IMG/VR virus record: IMGVR_UViG_3300035686_000003
Coordinates: 1-64,000 of that record
Source of the DNA: a virus
Lineage: Duplodnaviria; Caudoviricetes
Direction: 5' to 3' (one strand)
DNA: 64,000 nt
Numbering within the stretch: position 1 is the stretch's first letter; each line of letters starts with the position of its first letter. Below, piece by piece: positions 46,458 to 58,100 of this stretch. The notes beneath the pieces were generated by a model. It did not search any database and was not told where the DNA came from. It saw only the letters and a list, made by a program, of their open reading frames with translations. Made by a program: the position numbers and the translations under genes.

Positions 46458-48440
46458 TCACAGTTTTTCGTTTTGTTCGTCACGACGATAACGATAATGG
46501 CGCAATTCTTCAGGTGTCAAATCATTGATAAGACCTAAGAATTCTTCTGGCATATGAGCCAAATACAGATCCATTGCTTCTCGAACTGTGTTGCAACCTA
46601 GGATTATTTTGGTTTCATCCAAAGTTTTGCGTTCCAACCAATCGTCTGCATTAGCTTTGAGTTGATAAACTTCAAAGATTTTTCCAGTCGGTTGTTCTCC
46701 ATCAGAGAGAGCTTGGTAAAACTCTTTGGTGGCATAGAAGTCTAGCGGTTGATTGTCGTGCCCCGTATGCTTCTGGATGTAGCCGTAGATACCTTCCATC
46801 GTGCGACTATGACGCAAATCACCTGGTAGGTATTCTACAGCTAATGTGCGATCGCCCCACTTGAATCGTTTCACAGCAGCATCTGTGCGGCGTTTGTCTG
46901 CCATACGTTCACGATCGCTCTCTTCAGCTTGCATTTGTGCGTTAGTGCCACCATCGCCACCTGAAGCAGCAATAGCCTTTTGCCCTATCTTTGTCCCTTC
47001 ATCGACTCCTGAATGCGCTGTACCTCCAGCCGCCATGCCAGTAGGCTTTCCACCTAAGACTGGCAACATAAACTCAGGATCGTCTTTATGTTCCCAAAGG
47101 AGCTTATCAATCTCAGGGTCAAGGGTTGTTTCCATTGTCCACTCTGGCGAACCATAGCGGTTCTTTCGTATCTCTAGCGGGTGCAATGAACCGAGCATTC
47201 GGTAGATTTGGTCAGTGCGAGCTTGAGTTTGGCGCAACTTAGCTTCTGCTTCCATGTCAAGGCGCATCGAAGACTTAGTGGAAATTTTCCAGCCTTTCGG
47301 TTCTTTACCTTTTGTTACTCCTAGCTTGCTAATAAGACAAAGTCGAGCAATAGTTCTCGTTGGTTTCAACCAGTTGTGCCGCTGAAAGGATTCTTGAGCA
47401 TCAGCGTAGTCATATTTTTCCGACTGCCCACTAGTGTTGCCTTGGCTACCTTCGCCCCACAATTTTGTATGAGGAATACCTGATTCAGCAGTCAATAAAT
47501 GCTTCAATCGGTCAACGATGTCACCTACACCACCATAGTTGCGGTGAACAAATTCAGCCTCTTCAGTCTCAGCATCCATAGCCAATCCCTTGTTGTAGCT
47601 CATGCCCAACTGTATAGCTAGGAAGCGACGTATGATTGCGTCCGACTGCCCTTGAAGAATTAAGTCCGACAATCCTTTGAGTTTGTATGTGAAGACTGAG
47701 TAGTCTTGGATCATTCCAGAGCTTGCCATGATTGACTGCATATATGATGAGAATGCAATCACGATAGATTGTAGTATGCTCAGGTCATTACCTTGATTTG
47801 AGTTGAGCATCCAACCGTAAAGTTTTCGTCCTGAGAATCTGAGTACTCTCGACTTATGAATCCTTGTCTGATTTAATGGAACCTTCTGTCCATCTGGCAA
47901 TCTTCTGTTTAGTTCCCATAGACCTATCAAATCATAATATTCTGGCTCAATGAGTGAGTGACCTCCAATCTCAGTCCCCCATACGGAAGGTCTTAGTTCA
48001 TAGGACGACAAGACTTTGAGTTCAGTAATCTCTTGGAGATTTTCCTCATCAATGGCTTGGTCAGGAGTTCTACCGTCATTGGCAAAGATAACGATATAGG
48101 CATTGTGGTGAAGTCGAGCTAAAACTGAAGCCTCTACCAACTTTTCATGGAGATTTAGCTTATCCTCCATGTAGTTGACGATATCTTGAGGCGCAATGTT
48201 GTCTTTGCCTAAGTTCAACGAATACCATTCAACAGGAGAATCTTCTGGCAATAGTGCAACAATTTTTTGAACTAATCCAGAAGTTTTGAATAATACCTCG
48301 CACTCTTCACGAGTGATTGTCGTTGCTTGGACATTGATTTCAAAGTTTAAGCTTTTGTCTCTGCGTGTACCTGTACCCGTTGAAAGGTTGTACATTCCCG
48401 CATAAGCATCTAGTAGCGCACCATCTTCTCTGTAAGTCAT
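46458..48440 (-). CDS. Portal protein (DUF1073-type) with C-terminal inorganic-pyrophosphatase-like domain
   Basis: RIHKSRVLRFSG, S.LQ, SGIPHTKLWG, EIR; tail YGYIQKHTGHDNQPLDFY...DETKIILG. Confidence 0.8.
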   Translation of the reverse strand: MTYREDGALLDAYAGMYNLSTGTGTRRDKSLNFEINVQATTITREECEVLFKTSGLVQKIVALLPEDSPVEWYSLNLGKDNIAPQDIVNYMEDKLNLHEKLVEASVLARLHHNAYIVIFANDGRTPDQAIDEENLQEITELKVLSSYELRPSVWGTEIGGHSLIEPEYYDLIGLWELNRRLPDGQKVPLNQTRIHKSRVLRFSGRKLYGWMLNSNQGNDLSILQSIVIAFSSYMQSIMASSGMIQDYSVFTYKLKGLSDLILQGQSDAIIRRFLAIQLGMSYNKGLAMDAETEEAEFVHRNYGGVGDIVDRLKHLLTAESGIPHTKLWGEGSQGNTSGQSEKYDYADAQESFQRHNWLKPTRTIARLCLISKLGVTKGKEPKGWKISTKSSMRLDMEAEAKLRQTQARTDQIYRMLGSLHPLEIRKNRYGSPEWTMETTLDPEIDKLLWEHKDDPEFMLPVLGGKPTGMAAGGTAHSGVDEGTKIGQKAIAASGGDGGTNAQMQAEESDRERMADKRRTDAAVKRFKWGDRTLAVEYLPGDLRHSRTMEGIYGYIQKHTGHDNQPLDFYATKEFYQALSDGEQPTGKIFEVYQLKANADDWLERKTLDETKIILGCNTVREAMDLYLAHMPEEFLGLINDLTPEELRHYRYRRDEQNEKL

Positions 48441-48442
48441 AG

Positions 48443-48832
48443 TTACACCACGAATGCCGACATGATTGTTGCCTTGCCACCAGTGCCGCACCCACATAAT
48501 TGATTCAATGCTTCACTCGCACTAAAACCTTGAGGCACTATGAGGGGGATACTCAAGTCAATCGCAAGCTGAAGATTAAGCAATGTTTCGATTGGTATAG
48601 CTTGTCCCGTAAAGGTCACGCCATCTTCTGCCTTTGACAGAGCTTGTATTTCTAGGTTTGTTTGTAATCTTCGAGCAGCAACGTAATAGTAGCGGTATAC
48701 GATGGCTCCAGACGGATCTATTCCTGCTGATAATTCAAGTAAGTCGCTAATGAATTCTATGTCTTGCTCAAGCAAAGCGTCTGCAAGCAGCTGGGCTTTA
48801 GCAATTGCTTGAGGCAGTGTGAGCAATGCCAT
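48443..48832 (-). CDS. Putative head completion/adaptor protein
   Basis: 129 aa, first gene of the head operon. Confidence 0.45.
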   Translation of the reverse strand: MALLTLPQAIAKAQLLADALLEQDIEFISDLLELSAGIDPSGAIVYRYYYVAARRLQTNLEIQALSKAEDGVTFTGQAIPIETLLNLQLAIDLSIPLIVPQGFSASEALNQLCGCGTGGKATIMSAFVV

Positions 48833-48901
48833 ATATAAAAGCTTTTATCTGTGGTTCTATGGTAAGTAATTTGGGTAGCAAAAGTTACGTGGAAATACGT
48901 C

Positions 48902-49318
48902 ATGGGATTCACCTACATTTCTAACAAGGCAGCAGTTCAAAAGCAGCTGGACGAAGCTTTTACGTCAATGGTTGACTATTATTTCAAAGCGATACGAGCA
49001 GTGGTTAACACTGATAGATATTGGTCAGGTTTTGAGAAAAATCCCATCCGAGATATTGTAGACAAGACGACTTTTCGAGAGTCTCAAGGACAGGAGAAGT
49101 TAGGTCGAATGCATCATGCAATCTTTTGGGCAGCAGCTCATGCTGTATACGTGAGATACGGTGGAACAACCCCTAACGGCAAGCGATTTCCAGGTCGTGC
49201 CTTTGAAGAAGTTGCAGCAGAAGAAGCAGATCTAGCTAACTTCTTTATCAAAGCTTACAAGTCAGGGGGTTCTATGCAAGTAAAAGGTGTTGTGTTGATG
49301 TCGGGACAGGAAGTGTAA
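48902..49318 (+). CDS. Tail completion protein (HK97 gp10-like)
   Basis: RDIVD..., HAVYVRYGG...FPGRAF. Confidence 0.6.
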   Translation: MGFTYISNKAAVQKQLDEAFTSMVDYYFKAIRAVVNTDRYWSGFEKNPIRDIVDKTTFRESQGQEKLGRMHHAIFWAAAHAVYVRYGGTTPNGKRFPGRAFEEVAAEEADLANFFIKAYKSGGSMQVKGVVLMSGQEV

Positions 49319-49381
49319 ACCCACAACAAAGTTTTGTTTACTTTTGCCAACATTAGAGTGTCATTGCAACAGTAGTTTCGT

Positions 49382-49783
49382 ATGTACTTTTCTAACACAA
49401 AGGCTTTGCGAGACTATCTCAGTGAGCTTTTGCGTCCTCTACTGGGAACTATGACTTTACCTAGTGGAGCAGTTGTTCCTGCTGTTTTCGTAGGCGAACC
49501 TCCAGTGGGCAGTGTTGCATCTGGATTAGCTTTGAACTTTCCGAAAATGGCTAATGGAAGTAGTGGTGCTTTAACAGGGGGTACAGCTTCTACACGAAGA
49601 TTTCAGTTTTATCTCGTTCAGCATCCCGGCACTGAAAAACTCAATGAAGCCACAGATTTAGTTTCGAGAGCATTAAAACCTGTCAATTGGCAATATATTC
49701 CTGGAGTACAGAATCCTGACGGTCAGCAACTTACGCTTGACCAATGTATCTTCAGCTTCAATCGTAGTGCTTTAGTTCTTTAA
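49382..49783 (+). CDS. Putative tail terminator protein
   Basis: Size and position before the tail tube gene. Confidence 0.5.
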   Translation: MYFSNTKALRDYLSELLRPLLGTMTLPSGAVVPAVFVGEPPVGSVASGLALNFPKMANGSSGALTGGTASTRRFQFYLVQHPGTEKLNEATDLVSRALKPVNWQYIPGVQNPDGQQLTLDQCIFSFNRSALVL

Positions 49784-49912
49784 GCCGTCAAAACCCACAA
49801 TAGTTTTATTTTATAAGTTCAACAATAGAGGAAACAAAACCCTCTCTTGGGCGTAGAGGGGAAGTGAAAACTTTATTCGGCACATCTATTCTAACCCTTA
49901 AGAAAACCTCTT

Positions 49913-50800
49913 ATGCCTCAACAAGCTATTTGTCTTGATTTGCTCGAATCTACTGGGACTCAGCTTTATGCTGGGTTAGTCCCAGTGGGTTCTTGTACTC
50001 CGACTCCTTATACAGTGGTTCTTGGTGCAGCTGTTGCAGTAGGTGACGAAACCGTTACTGTCACTGCATTGCCAGTTGCAATTCCTAGAGGAAATCGTTT
50101 AGCCTTTTCTACCACTGTAACAATCACCACAAGTGCGTCTGTAACTCAAAACGCTACATCTATTAGTGTTACTGCTTTAGGTTCAGCTGTGCCTTCTGGT
50201 ACCACCCTAAAGTTTGGTAATGTAACCGTTCAAACAACTGCCGCTGCCGCTGCTGGCGCAACAACTCTAGCAATCAATCCTGCACCTGCTGCGATCGCAT
50301 CTGGCGCAACCGCAACGTATCGTCCAAACCCTATTGTTTTAGTTCTAGCTGCTGATGCTGCTGCTGCAACTACCACTCTCTCGATTGATCCGGCTCCTGC
50401 TGCAATTACTAGTGGTCAGACAGCAATTACTTATGCACTCCTTGAATTACTGGGTGGTGAGTCTGCACCGTTCCAAGGTTCCACTGAATTAAACCAGGTT
50501 ACCCTGCTTAACTCTGGTGGTTGGATGTCGAAATCTGCCTCCCAGTCCCAGTACAACTTTCAGTGGACAGGTTACATTCCCGAAAACTCTGCTGCTGCTG
50601 CTGGCTATCGTTTGCTAAAGAATGCTTGGTTTAACAAGCGTTACCTTTATGTCGAGCGCTACATGGCTAATGGCGAGATGTCTGGAGGTACTGTTGTTAT
50701 CACTGCATTTTCTGATCAGGTTCAGGGTGCTGGATATGTACAGTATCAGTGTACGTTTGAAGGTCATGAAGCACCTGTGTACAACTTTGGCGCATCCTAA
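49913..50800 (+). CDS. Tail tube (major tail) protein with inserted beta modules
   Basis: C-terminal GTVVITAFS....G.VQYQCTFEG; GW.SK...SQ.NFQWTG. Confidence 0.7.
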   Translation: MPQQAICLDLLESTGTQLYAGLVPVGSCTPTPYTVVLGAAVAVGDETVTVTALPVAIPRGNRLAFSTTVTITTSASVTQNATSISVTALGSAVPSGTTLKFGNVTVQTTAAAAAGATTLAINPAPAAIASGATATYRPNPIVLVLAADAAAATTTLSIDPAPAAITSGQTAITYALLELLGGESAPFQGSTELNQVTLLNSGGWMSKSASQSQYNFQWTGYIPENSAAAAGYRLLKNAWFNKRYLYVERYMANGEMSGGTVVITAFSDQVQGAGYVQYQCTFEGHEAPVYNFGAS

Positions 50801-51039
50801 TGCATGAGTTGCTCAAAGATGATCGCGATCGCATTGTATTTGTGAATTGCAGCATTGAGGGCAAGAAGGGAACTGCTGGTTATGCTTTTTTCGCAAAGGG
50901 CTTACCAGCAGGCACCCATCAATTATTTAATCCAATTAACGGCAAAAAGGTTTCGATTGAACTACCTGAGCAAGCCGTGAACTTACCGGGAGTAGGTCAA
51001 CAGTTTAATTATCCGTTCAAAGTATTAGAGGAATCATAA
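50800..51039 (+). CDS. Hypothetical tail-module protein
   Basis: TAATG coupling. Confidence 0.55.
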   Translation: MHELLKDDRDRIVFVNCSIEGKKGTAGYAFFAKGLPAGTHQLFNPINGKKVSIELPEQAVNLPGVGQQFNYPFKVLEES

Positions 51040-51045
51040 AAAGTT

Positions 51046-51735
51046 ATGAAGAAGCTACCATTTGTTGTTCGTCCAAAAACTTCGTTTGAAATTGTGGGTA
51101 ATGAAGATATTGGTCAGATTAAGTTACTCAAAGTTAATGGACGACTAGCAGCAGAGAGAGTTGAGTTAGATGAAGAGGAGTTTCGACAGACTCGATTACA
51201 GCTTGATGTTTATAAGCTTGCTCGTGACATTGCTAATCTTGAGGGGATGAGTGTCGAGAGTGCTTTTTCTTTGCTTCAAAGTTTTAACTTAAGCGATCCT
51301 GTACTTTCCAAGTATCTCGAACCTGTATCTAATTTGCTTGAACGTCAGCTTGCAACAATGAAGGGACAAGATCAAGCGGTTACAAGTGTCCTTCGGCATC
51401 GAATCGTTCAGTTGGATGATGATGGTAACGAGATTCTTGACAAGAACGGTAAGCCTGTCATCGGCATGGATGATTGGGAAATTTCTGATACTCACGGTTT
51501 AACAGATCCTTTGATTTCTGCAATCTACGAGTTCTACATCAAAGAATTGAATGGTGGAAAGAACCCCGATACCAAGGCTGAAGAAGAAAAAAACGAACCT
51601 GGGACGAACAAATCCGAGAACTTGAATCCATCAAGCTCACAGACTGGGGAGAAATCTACTGGCGAGTCCAAACCTATCGAAGCGGAGACTCAAGATTCGA
51701 CGCAGACAATTTCGGACAACAACCCGACTGGTTAA
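51046..51735 (+). CDS. Tail assembly chaperone (G-like)
   Basis: Position between tube and tape measure; contains the slippery site. Confidence 0.7.
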   Translation: MKKLPFVVRPKTSFEIVGNEDIGQIKLLKVNGRLAAERVELDEEEFRQTRLQLDVYKLARDIANLEGMSVESAFSLLQSFNLSDPVLSKYLEPVSNLLERQLATMKGQDQAVTSVLRHRIVQLDDDGNEILDKNGKPVIGMDDWEISDTHGLTDPLISAIYEFYIKELNGGKNPDTKAEEEKNEPGTNKSENLNPSSSQTGEKSTGESKPIEAETQDSTQTISDNNPTG

Positions 51736-52049
51736 TTTTTCAGATCATTGAAGCCTTTGAAAAAGATAAGCGTGAGCAGTCAAACATCAACAGCTTCACA
51801 ACCGCTGTTTTTGCTGCTGGAATCTTCAATGGTTTTAGTGGAAGCACTAGCGACAAATGTGAATTCACTGATTTGCTACCTTTTTCTGGTGAAGTAGAAG
51901 GTAAAAATAATACAAAACAGATCAATGAGCCAACTAAGGAAACTGCTCAAGTATTTCTGAAGCTAATGAAAGATCACCTACTCCCACCAGGAGTAGTAGC
52001 GGAAGCTTTTAACGCAAAACTAGTGCAACGACTGCAAGCAATAGCTTAA
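51582..52049 (+). CDS. Tail assembly chaperone -1 frameshift extension (GT-like)
   Basis: A AAA AAC at 51588-51594; the -1 frame opens just after TGA 51579 and reads KKRTWDEQIRELESIKLTDWGEIYWR... to TAA 52049. Confidence 0.75.
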   Translation, partial: RRKKRTWDEQIRELESIKLTDWGEIYWRVQTYRSGDSRFDADNFGQQPDWLIFQIIEAFEKDKREQSNINSFTTAVFAAGIFNGFSGSTSDKCEFTDLLPFSGEVEGKNNTKQINEPTKETAQVFLKLMKDHLLPPGVVAEAFNAKLVQRLQAIA

Positions 52050-52053
52050 ATCT

Positions 52054-52100
52054 ACGAGTTCTCACGTTTAAATTTAGTTGAGGACTCGTTATTCTATTTT
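52054..52100 (+). terminator. Hairpin before the tape measure gene
   Basis: ACGAGTTCTCA / TGAGGACTCGT plus T-rich tail. Confidence 0.5.
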
Positions 52101-52132
52101 TGAGCAACTATATAAAATCTTAGGTATAACCA

Positions 52133-55100
52133 ATGGCATTGGGTAGTGGCGGCAACTTAGGCACCTTGAGTCTACATATCGAGGCAGACACAAGAGATTT
52201 TGATACCAAAATACTCCAGGTAGAAAAACGTGCTGCCGAAGCTGGTCGCAGAATGTCCAAGTCTTTAGGGGGTGAATTATTCAAGGGGTTGGATAGCCCT
52301 TTGAGTGTGAATGTAGATCATACGTCCTTAAAGGAACTTAACGCTCACCTAGATCTAAAGAGAAAACACTTACATCAGGTCATTGAAGATTTCAAGCGAA
52401 ACCCCATTGTTGCCAAGTATAAAGTTGAAGGAAAAGAGGCTCTTGAAAACTCTAGTGAAACACTCAAGGCTTTAAGCAACAAGCAGGTTGGTGTATCTGT
52501 ACTGGGTACAGGCAAAGCACTAGGGGAGATGGAGGCGATCGCGTCTAAAGACTTAAGTCAGACTGCTCGCATTGATATTGAGATTCATGGTGAAAAAGAT
52601 CTTGACAGAATTTTGCGTAAAATGCAAAGACTTCAAGATAGAAGCATAAGGGTAAATGTTACTAGTGCAAACTATGAAGATATTTCAGCTCCAATAATTA
52701 GTGCTGGAATAAAAAAAACAGGGTTGGTGCCGGACAATTCTCCACAAGAGCGAGCATTACTCAAAGCAATAGAGAAAGTCGGCGGGAAAGAACAAAACGC
52801 TCCATTGTCTGCTGGTGGGCAGGAGATGAAAACTGCCGTTTCTCAAGCACTACGAGAAAATCAGCAAAGCTTTGGATCGCAAGCAGCCGCTACTGTTGTT
52901 AGCACATTGGTTGAACGAACTGTAGGACTCGCTCTGGAAGAAGGATTTTCTAGGGTGATGTTAATTATTTCTAATGTAATTAAAGACAAGCTAAGGTTTT
53001 TAGATTACATTGGACTTAAAGGACTACGACAAGAGCTAGAGAAGACAGTTACTAAAAATTATCGACAAGTAGCTTATACAGAGCAAGGAAGAATTGGCGG
53101 TTTTCGTGGTTTAGCGAGAGATGTTCGCAAAGTTGCTACACTTCCAGCAAAGATGTTGGCAGCACCAGCTTCTCAAGTCATCGGTGGTTTCTATGGTGGC
53201 ATTGGACAGGCATACGCAAGCGCTTTTGCTCGTGGTTCAATGAATAAGTTTCAAGAACGAACCGGAAAGTCAGTCGAAGAGGTTGGTGAAAAAGCTAGCG
53301 GGGGTTTAGCTGGTAGATTTACAGGCACTAATATTGCTGAAGGGTTAGTTTCCAGAGCTGGGACGATCAAGGGAGCGCAAGATTTCATAGAGCCTAGGCT
53401 AAGGACTGCTGCATTGGGGAGAGCGGTTCAGACTGTTGACCCAACTGGTCAAATAGAGAAAGTTCTTCAACCAATACTGAAGAGATATGGTGTCAGGTTA
53501 AACACAGAACCATTACGTAATGCTGATCCTGAGCCAATCACTAATTCTATAAAGAAAATTAGTCAAGCTCTGAAGCAGAACGATATTCAGAGGGATGTTG
53601 CAAACTTTACTCGTTCAATCTTGACGTTGGGCAAGGTAATTAAAACAACTCAACAAAATGTTAACCAGGCAACTACTCCAGAAGAACGCAGTAGTAGGCG
53701 AGGGCAAGCTGATGCAGCTAGAGCTGAGCAGATTGTAGAAATACTAGGAAATCTTGAAACTACCGCTCGCAATGCAACTGAGCCTATTATTAGCAACTAT
53801 AAAAAGGAAGTAGCCGCTGCCGCAAAAGCTTTGGGCGTAGAGCTTTCCAATATAAAAATTGACCCAGACAAACAGTTAGGTCAAGACATAAAAAATGTCG
53901 CAATAGTTTCCGGTGGATTTGCAGGAATGCAAGGGGAAGCTGGGCAAAGGCAGGCACCTATGTATGAACAGATACTAGGTGATGGAACCAAAGTGGTACC
54001 CTTTAATAACGAAGATTTTGATACTTCGGTAAAAGCTCAGGACGATAAGCCTGCTTGGGTTAGAGACATAGCTGGCTTGTTTGCAAGGAATATTAGCAAG
54101 GGCTACAATCCTGCCTCTATAAAAATGGCGCAACAGGCTGCTGAGTATAAGTTGACGAATCCAGCCGTTGATCTTCAACTAATTGGACATTCAGCGGGTG
54201 GGATTATTGTCAAAGAAGCACAGGCAATGCTTAAGGAAATCGGAATAGAAGCAAAAGCTATTGCCTTGGGTAGCCCAAATATAAGAGATGCGGCTTTCAA
54301 TGGGACGGACTCCAATTTTCTGAGTTTCATGGCAGAAAAGGATATGTTAAATCCTCTGTCAGGAGAAACAACTCCTAGAATACCAGGGATTGAGAATCAT
54401 TCTATTGATGAGTACCTATCCAACCAGGCAGTACAAGCAGTTTTAAAAACGGTAAGCAAGGTAGGGATTACGCCTAGGCTTATTGAAATTTTAAACAAAA
54501 CTGGTACAGAGTTTTCAGACTTAACTACGCTAACTCAAGCTTTAGAGGATCACCTTCGAGAATTCACAGGGTCGTTAGATAACGCTACTCAAGAAGTTGC
54601 AAATCAAAACATTGCTCCGTTACAGACTCCTGAAACAGATCCTAAACAGGCAGCGCTAAAAGCTAGGGTATTACTTTTAGCAAGAAAGTCCCAACAAATA
54701 ATTCCAAATTTCAACCCTGCTAATTATGGTAACGCTGCTAGTGCTGCTAGTACTAATAGACAACAGGCTTTACAAGCACTAGAATCCGTGAAAGGATTTG
54801 ATTTTAATCAGCAACTTTCAACTCAAACCTCTAATGAACTCAGGAAAGCAATTAGAAATCTTCAAAGTTTTCTCAAGAGAGCTGGACAAGAAGATAATAA
54901 CAATAGCATCACTGAGCTTGAGCAACTACCGCTTGATGAGTTAAGTACACTGATAGAAACAAACGTGGCAGCAGTTAATTCTATTGCTGCCAATTACCAG
55001 TCGTCTGCACAACAAATAGACGACTTAAAGGCTAGGCTGGGGAGCTTGACCGTCAAAGATTTAAGAGAGATTGGAGGAAAAGCAAACATTCCCAACCTGA

Positions 55101-58100
55101 GTCAGTTAAACAAAGATCCTTTAATCAATAAGTTAACTGAACCCCAGAATGCGTTTAATGTTGCAAAATTTGCTTCGGAAAAAGAACTCTTAAAGTCAAT
55201 ACGAAACGCAGAAAAAAAAGCAACTCAAGCTTTGCAGACGGCTCAAAAATTAAGTGGCGACGAAAAACTTAAGCTTCTTGCAGAGATTAGACAGTCTATT
55301 GAAGCTCAAATTCGCAACATAGACGCTAACTCTGAAAGGGTAACTGATTCAGGGTATAGGCAACGACTAGGAGCTACCAAAGGCAGGCTTGGGCAAAGCT
55401 ATCGTAGAACATTTGATGTTTCTTCGGTAGAAATAGATACAACTAGGCAAAGTCTACAAAATGCTATAGATCAGGGTGGTGCTACTCCTGGTTTATCAGC
55501 TGCTTATACAACACCACCAAAGAATTTTCAACGTTTGGTTGCTAATGCGGCTCAAGCAGCAGGGGTAGAGCTTAACGAGAAGAATCAACCGGAGCTAGTT
55601 GAAGATGACATAAAACTTTTAGCTTTAGGCTCGAAAGCTTTTTATGACTTTACAAAGAACCAAGTAATTGTATCGCGTAGGACAGCCCAAGCACTTAAAT
55701 CATCTGTTACTGACCTTCATAAATATGAAGAAGAACTTGGCGAGGCTATCCATGAAATACAACACGCAGCTGATCTAGGGTTTAGCAAGTTAGATCCCAC
55801 CAACTTTGGTTCTCAAATCATTGAAAAGTCAGCTAATATTCCTACCATTGAAGACTCTCAATTAACCAAAAAATTACTCAAACAAGTAGAGGGGTCTGTA
55901 TCTAATTACAAGATGCTACGACCTAATGCATCGCCTGCCGAACTTGCTGCGGTGCGAAAACTGGAGATGCACGCTTCATACCAACAAAAGAATGCACCTC
56001 AGTATATCAATCAGCTAAAAGATAAGTATGGACAAACGAAAACATCAAGAACTGAATTAGAGGGTATAAAGAAAAATCCTTTTGAGAATATCAGCAAGCA
56101 ATTTGAGAACTTTGTTAACACCATAAAAAAGGTATTGCGATCACTGTTTGCTGCTTTCGAGAATACATCTAGAGGACTTGCAATAGCTGATTCTTTTGCA
56201 ACGCTAAGCAACGTATTTGAAAATTTCAACAAGCAGATGTTGCGCTATGGAGAAGAACTGCAAGAGGTCTTTAATAATATTAGTCTTGCTTTTGACTTTG
56301 TTATTGGGATGTTCATGGAGAAAAATGCTCATGTTGATAAGCTAGTTCAAAAAGCAGAAAGATTTTATGTTAATTTCCAAAGAACCAAGAAAGGAGTTGC
56401 CGATCCCTCAGAAGGTTTGCCCTCTGGGGTAAAAGTAACAGAAAACAACCTCGTTTCCAAGAACAGAAGTTACAGTTTTCAAAGCAAAAGTGGCAAAGAA
56501 GTTGGGGTTTATTTTTCGCACAAGAAAAATATGTCCGATGTTCACTTTGACATTGACAAAAGTATGTCAACCAAAGTCAATGACATGAGCCAAAAGGAAA
56601 AAGATGCAATTGCTTTGAAAGTCTTGAAGATAATGAAGCATGATGCAAAAAGTAGAAAAGAGGGCTATCGTTACAAAACCTCAGCTTACACAGGAGATGA
56701 TTATGGAGCAGTTCGATCTGAAGCCTATGAGCAAATTGCTGGATTTAGTCGTCCTGTTGCAGGTAAGGTAGGAGGCTACCAGTTTGCCGTTGTTCAAGGA
56801 GGAAAGTTAACTCCTGACAATAAAAAATTAGAGCAGCAGGAATACATCCACGATCATTCACCTGATGATGTATCCCAAAATCTAGCTCAATTCAAAGAGC
56901 TTCTTGCAATTCAAAGACAAGCAGCAAAAGCAGCGGCAGCAAACAATCGTGCTAACAAGGGTTTGTCAGTTGCTAACGGCAGAGGCTTAGATGAAGCCTA
57001 CGAAAACTTTGAGAAGTTTGTAAATAAAGTTAATGATAAAGCAGAAGAGTTAATCAAAGCAACGTTTACGCCTGAACTAAAGCAACGAAGGGTAATAGAA
57101 TCAGCCGAAGCAATCAAGAGTTCTGCTCCTACAGGTAAAGCTGCTATGCCTGCCGCTGATAAAGAATTTTCAACTTATTTATCGGCAGGGTTTTCTGGTA
57201 TGCAAGGGTTCAACCCTCAAGTATATGAGAAAATGGCAGGAGTTTTGGGCGAAAAACACAATTTTGTACCCATTACAAATGAAGAGTACGACACTGATGC
57301 AACAGTGTTTGATGACTTGCCTGTTTTTCTAAAATCAGCACTTGAGAGAATTACTGCTGGCGGAATGAAGGGTATAAACCCAGCAGCCGCTAAGATGGCG
57401 CAAAGAGCCTATGAAGACTATCAACTTGACCCTTCAAAGAAAATCAGATTTGCTGGATATTCAGCAGGGGCACACGTAGCTTCTGATGCTTTAGAAATAT
57501 TTAAGCAGCTAGCACCTAACGCTGACGCTAGGGCTGTTGGTATTGGTGGGGCACCCTTTGATCAAAGGCGATCAACACTTCGACCAGAGCAATATGTCAA
57601 TATGTTGCGAAAGGATGACTTGCTCCTTCGTGCATTTGCTGGTGCCTTTAAGATGAATGGTGCCAACCAAAGGATTATTGAGCCGAGTGTTAATAAAGGG
57701 GCGATAAAAGCATTAGATGCTCACTTCATAGAAGGTTATGCCGATGATCAGAATACGGCAAGAGAACTAAAGTATCTTATCGAGGCATCTGAATCTGAGA
57801 TACAAGCATTTCTGAGTTCCGTAGCAGATAGCTCAAGTGTCCTTTCGGTTTTTGCAGACAACGCTGGAGCTTACAAAGGTACTGCTGAAGAAATAATAAA
57901 ACAGCTCGATAATCTTGCATCAGCATTAGAACAGAAGACGGCTCAAATTCAACCACGAATGCAACAACGTGGACAAGCGAGTTTGAATTCTGTAATGCAA
58001 TCTGGAATGGGTGCTTTTAACAACACCTTATCTAATGCTCAAGGACTGAGGCAGACGCCAGCACAAATGCAGCGTTTGATGGCTGAAGCACGAAAGCGAG

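Noticed and set aside
46458-48440. Anti-CBASS Acb1 label sometimes attached to DUF1073-type proteins
   Set aside because: No paired HxT/S 2H-phosphoesterase motifs recognised; context indicates a portal
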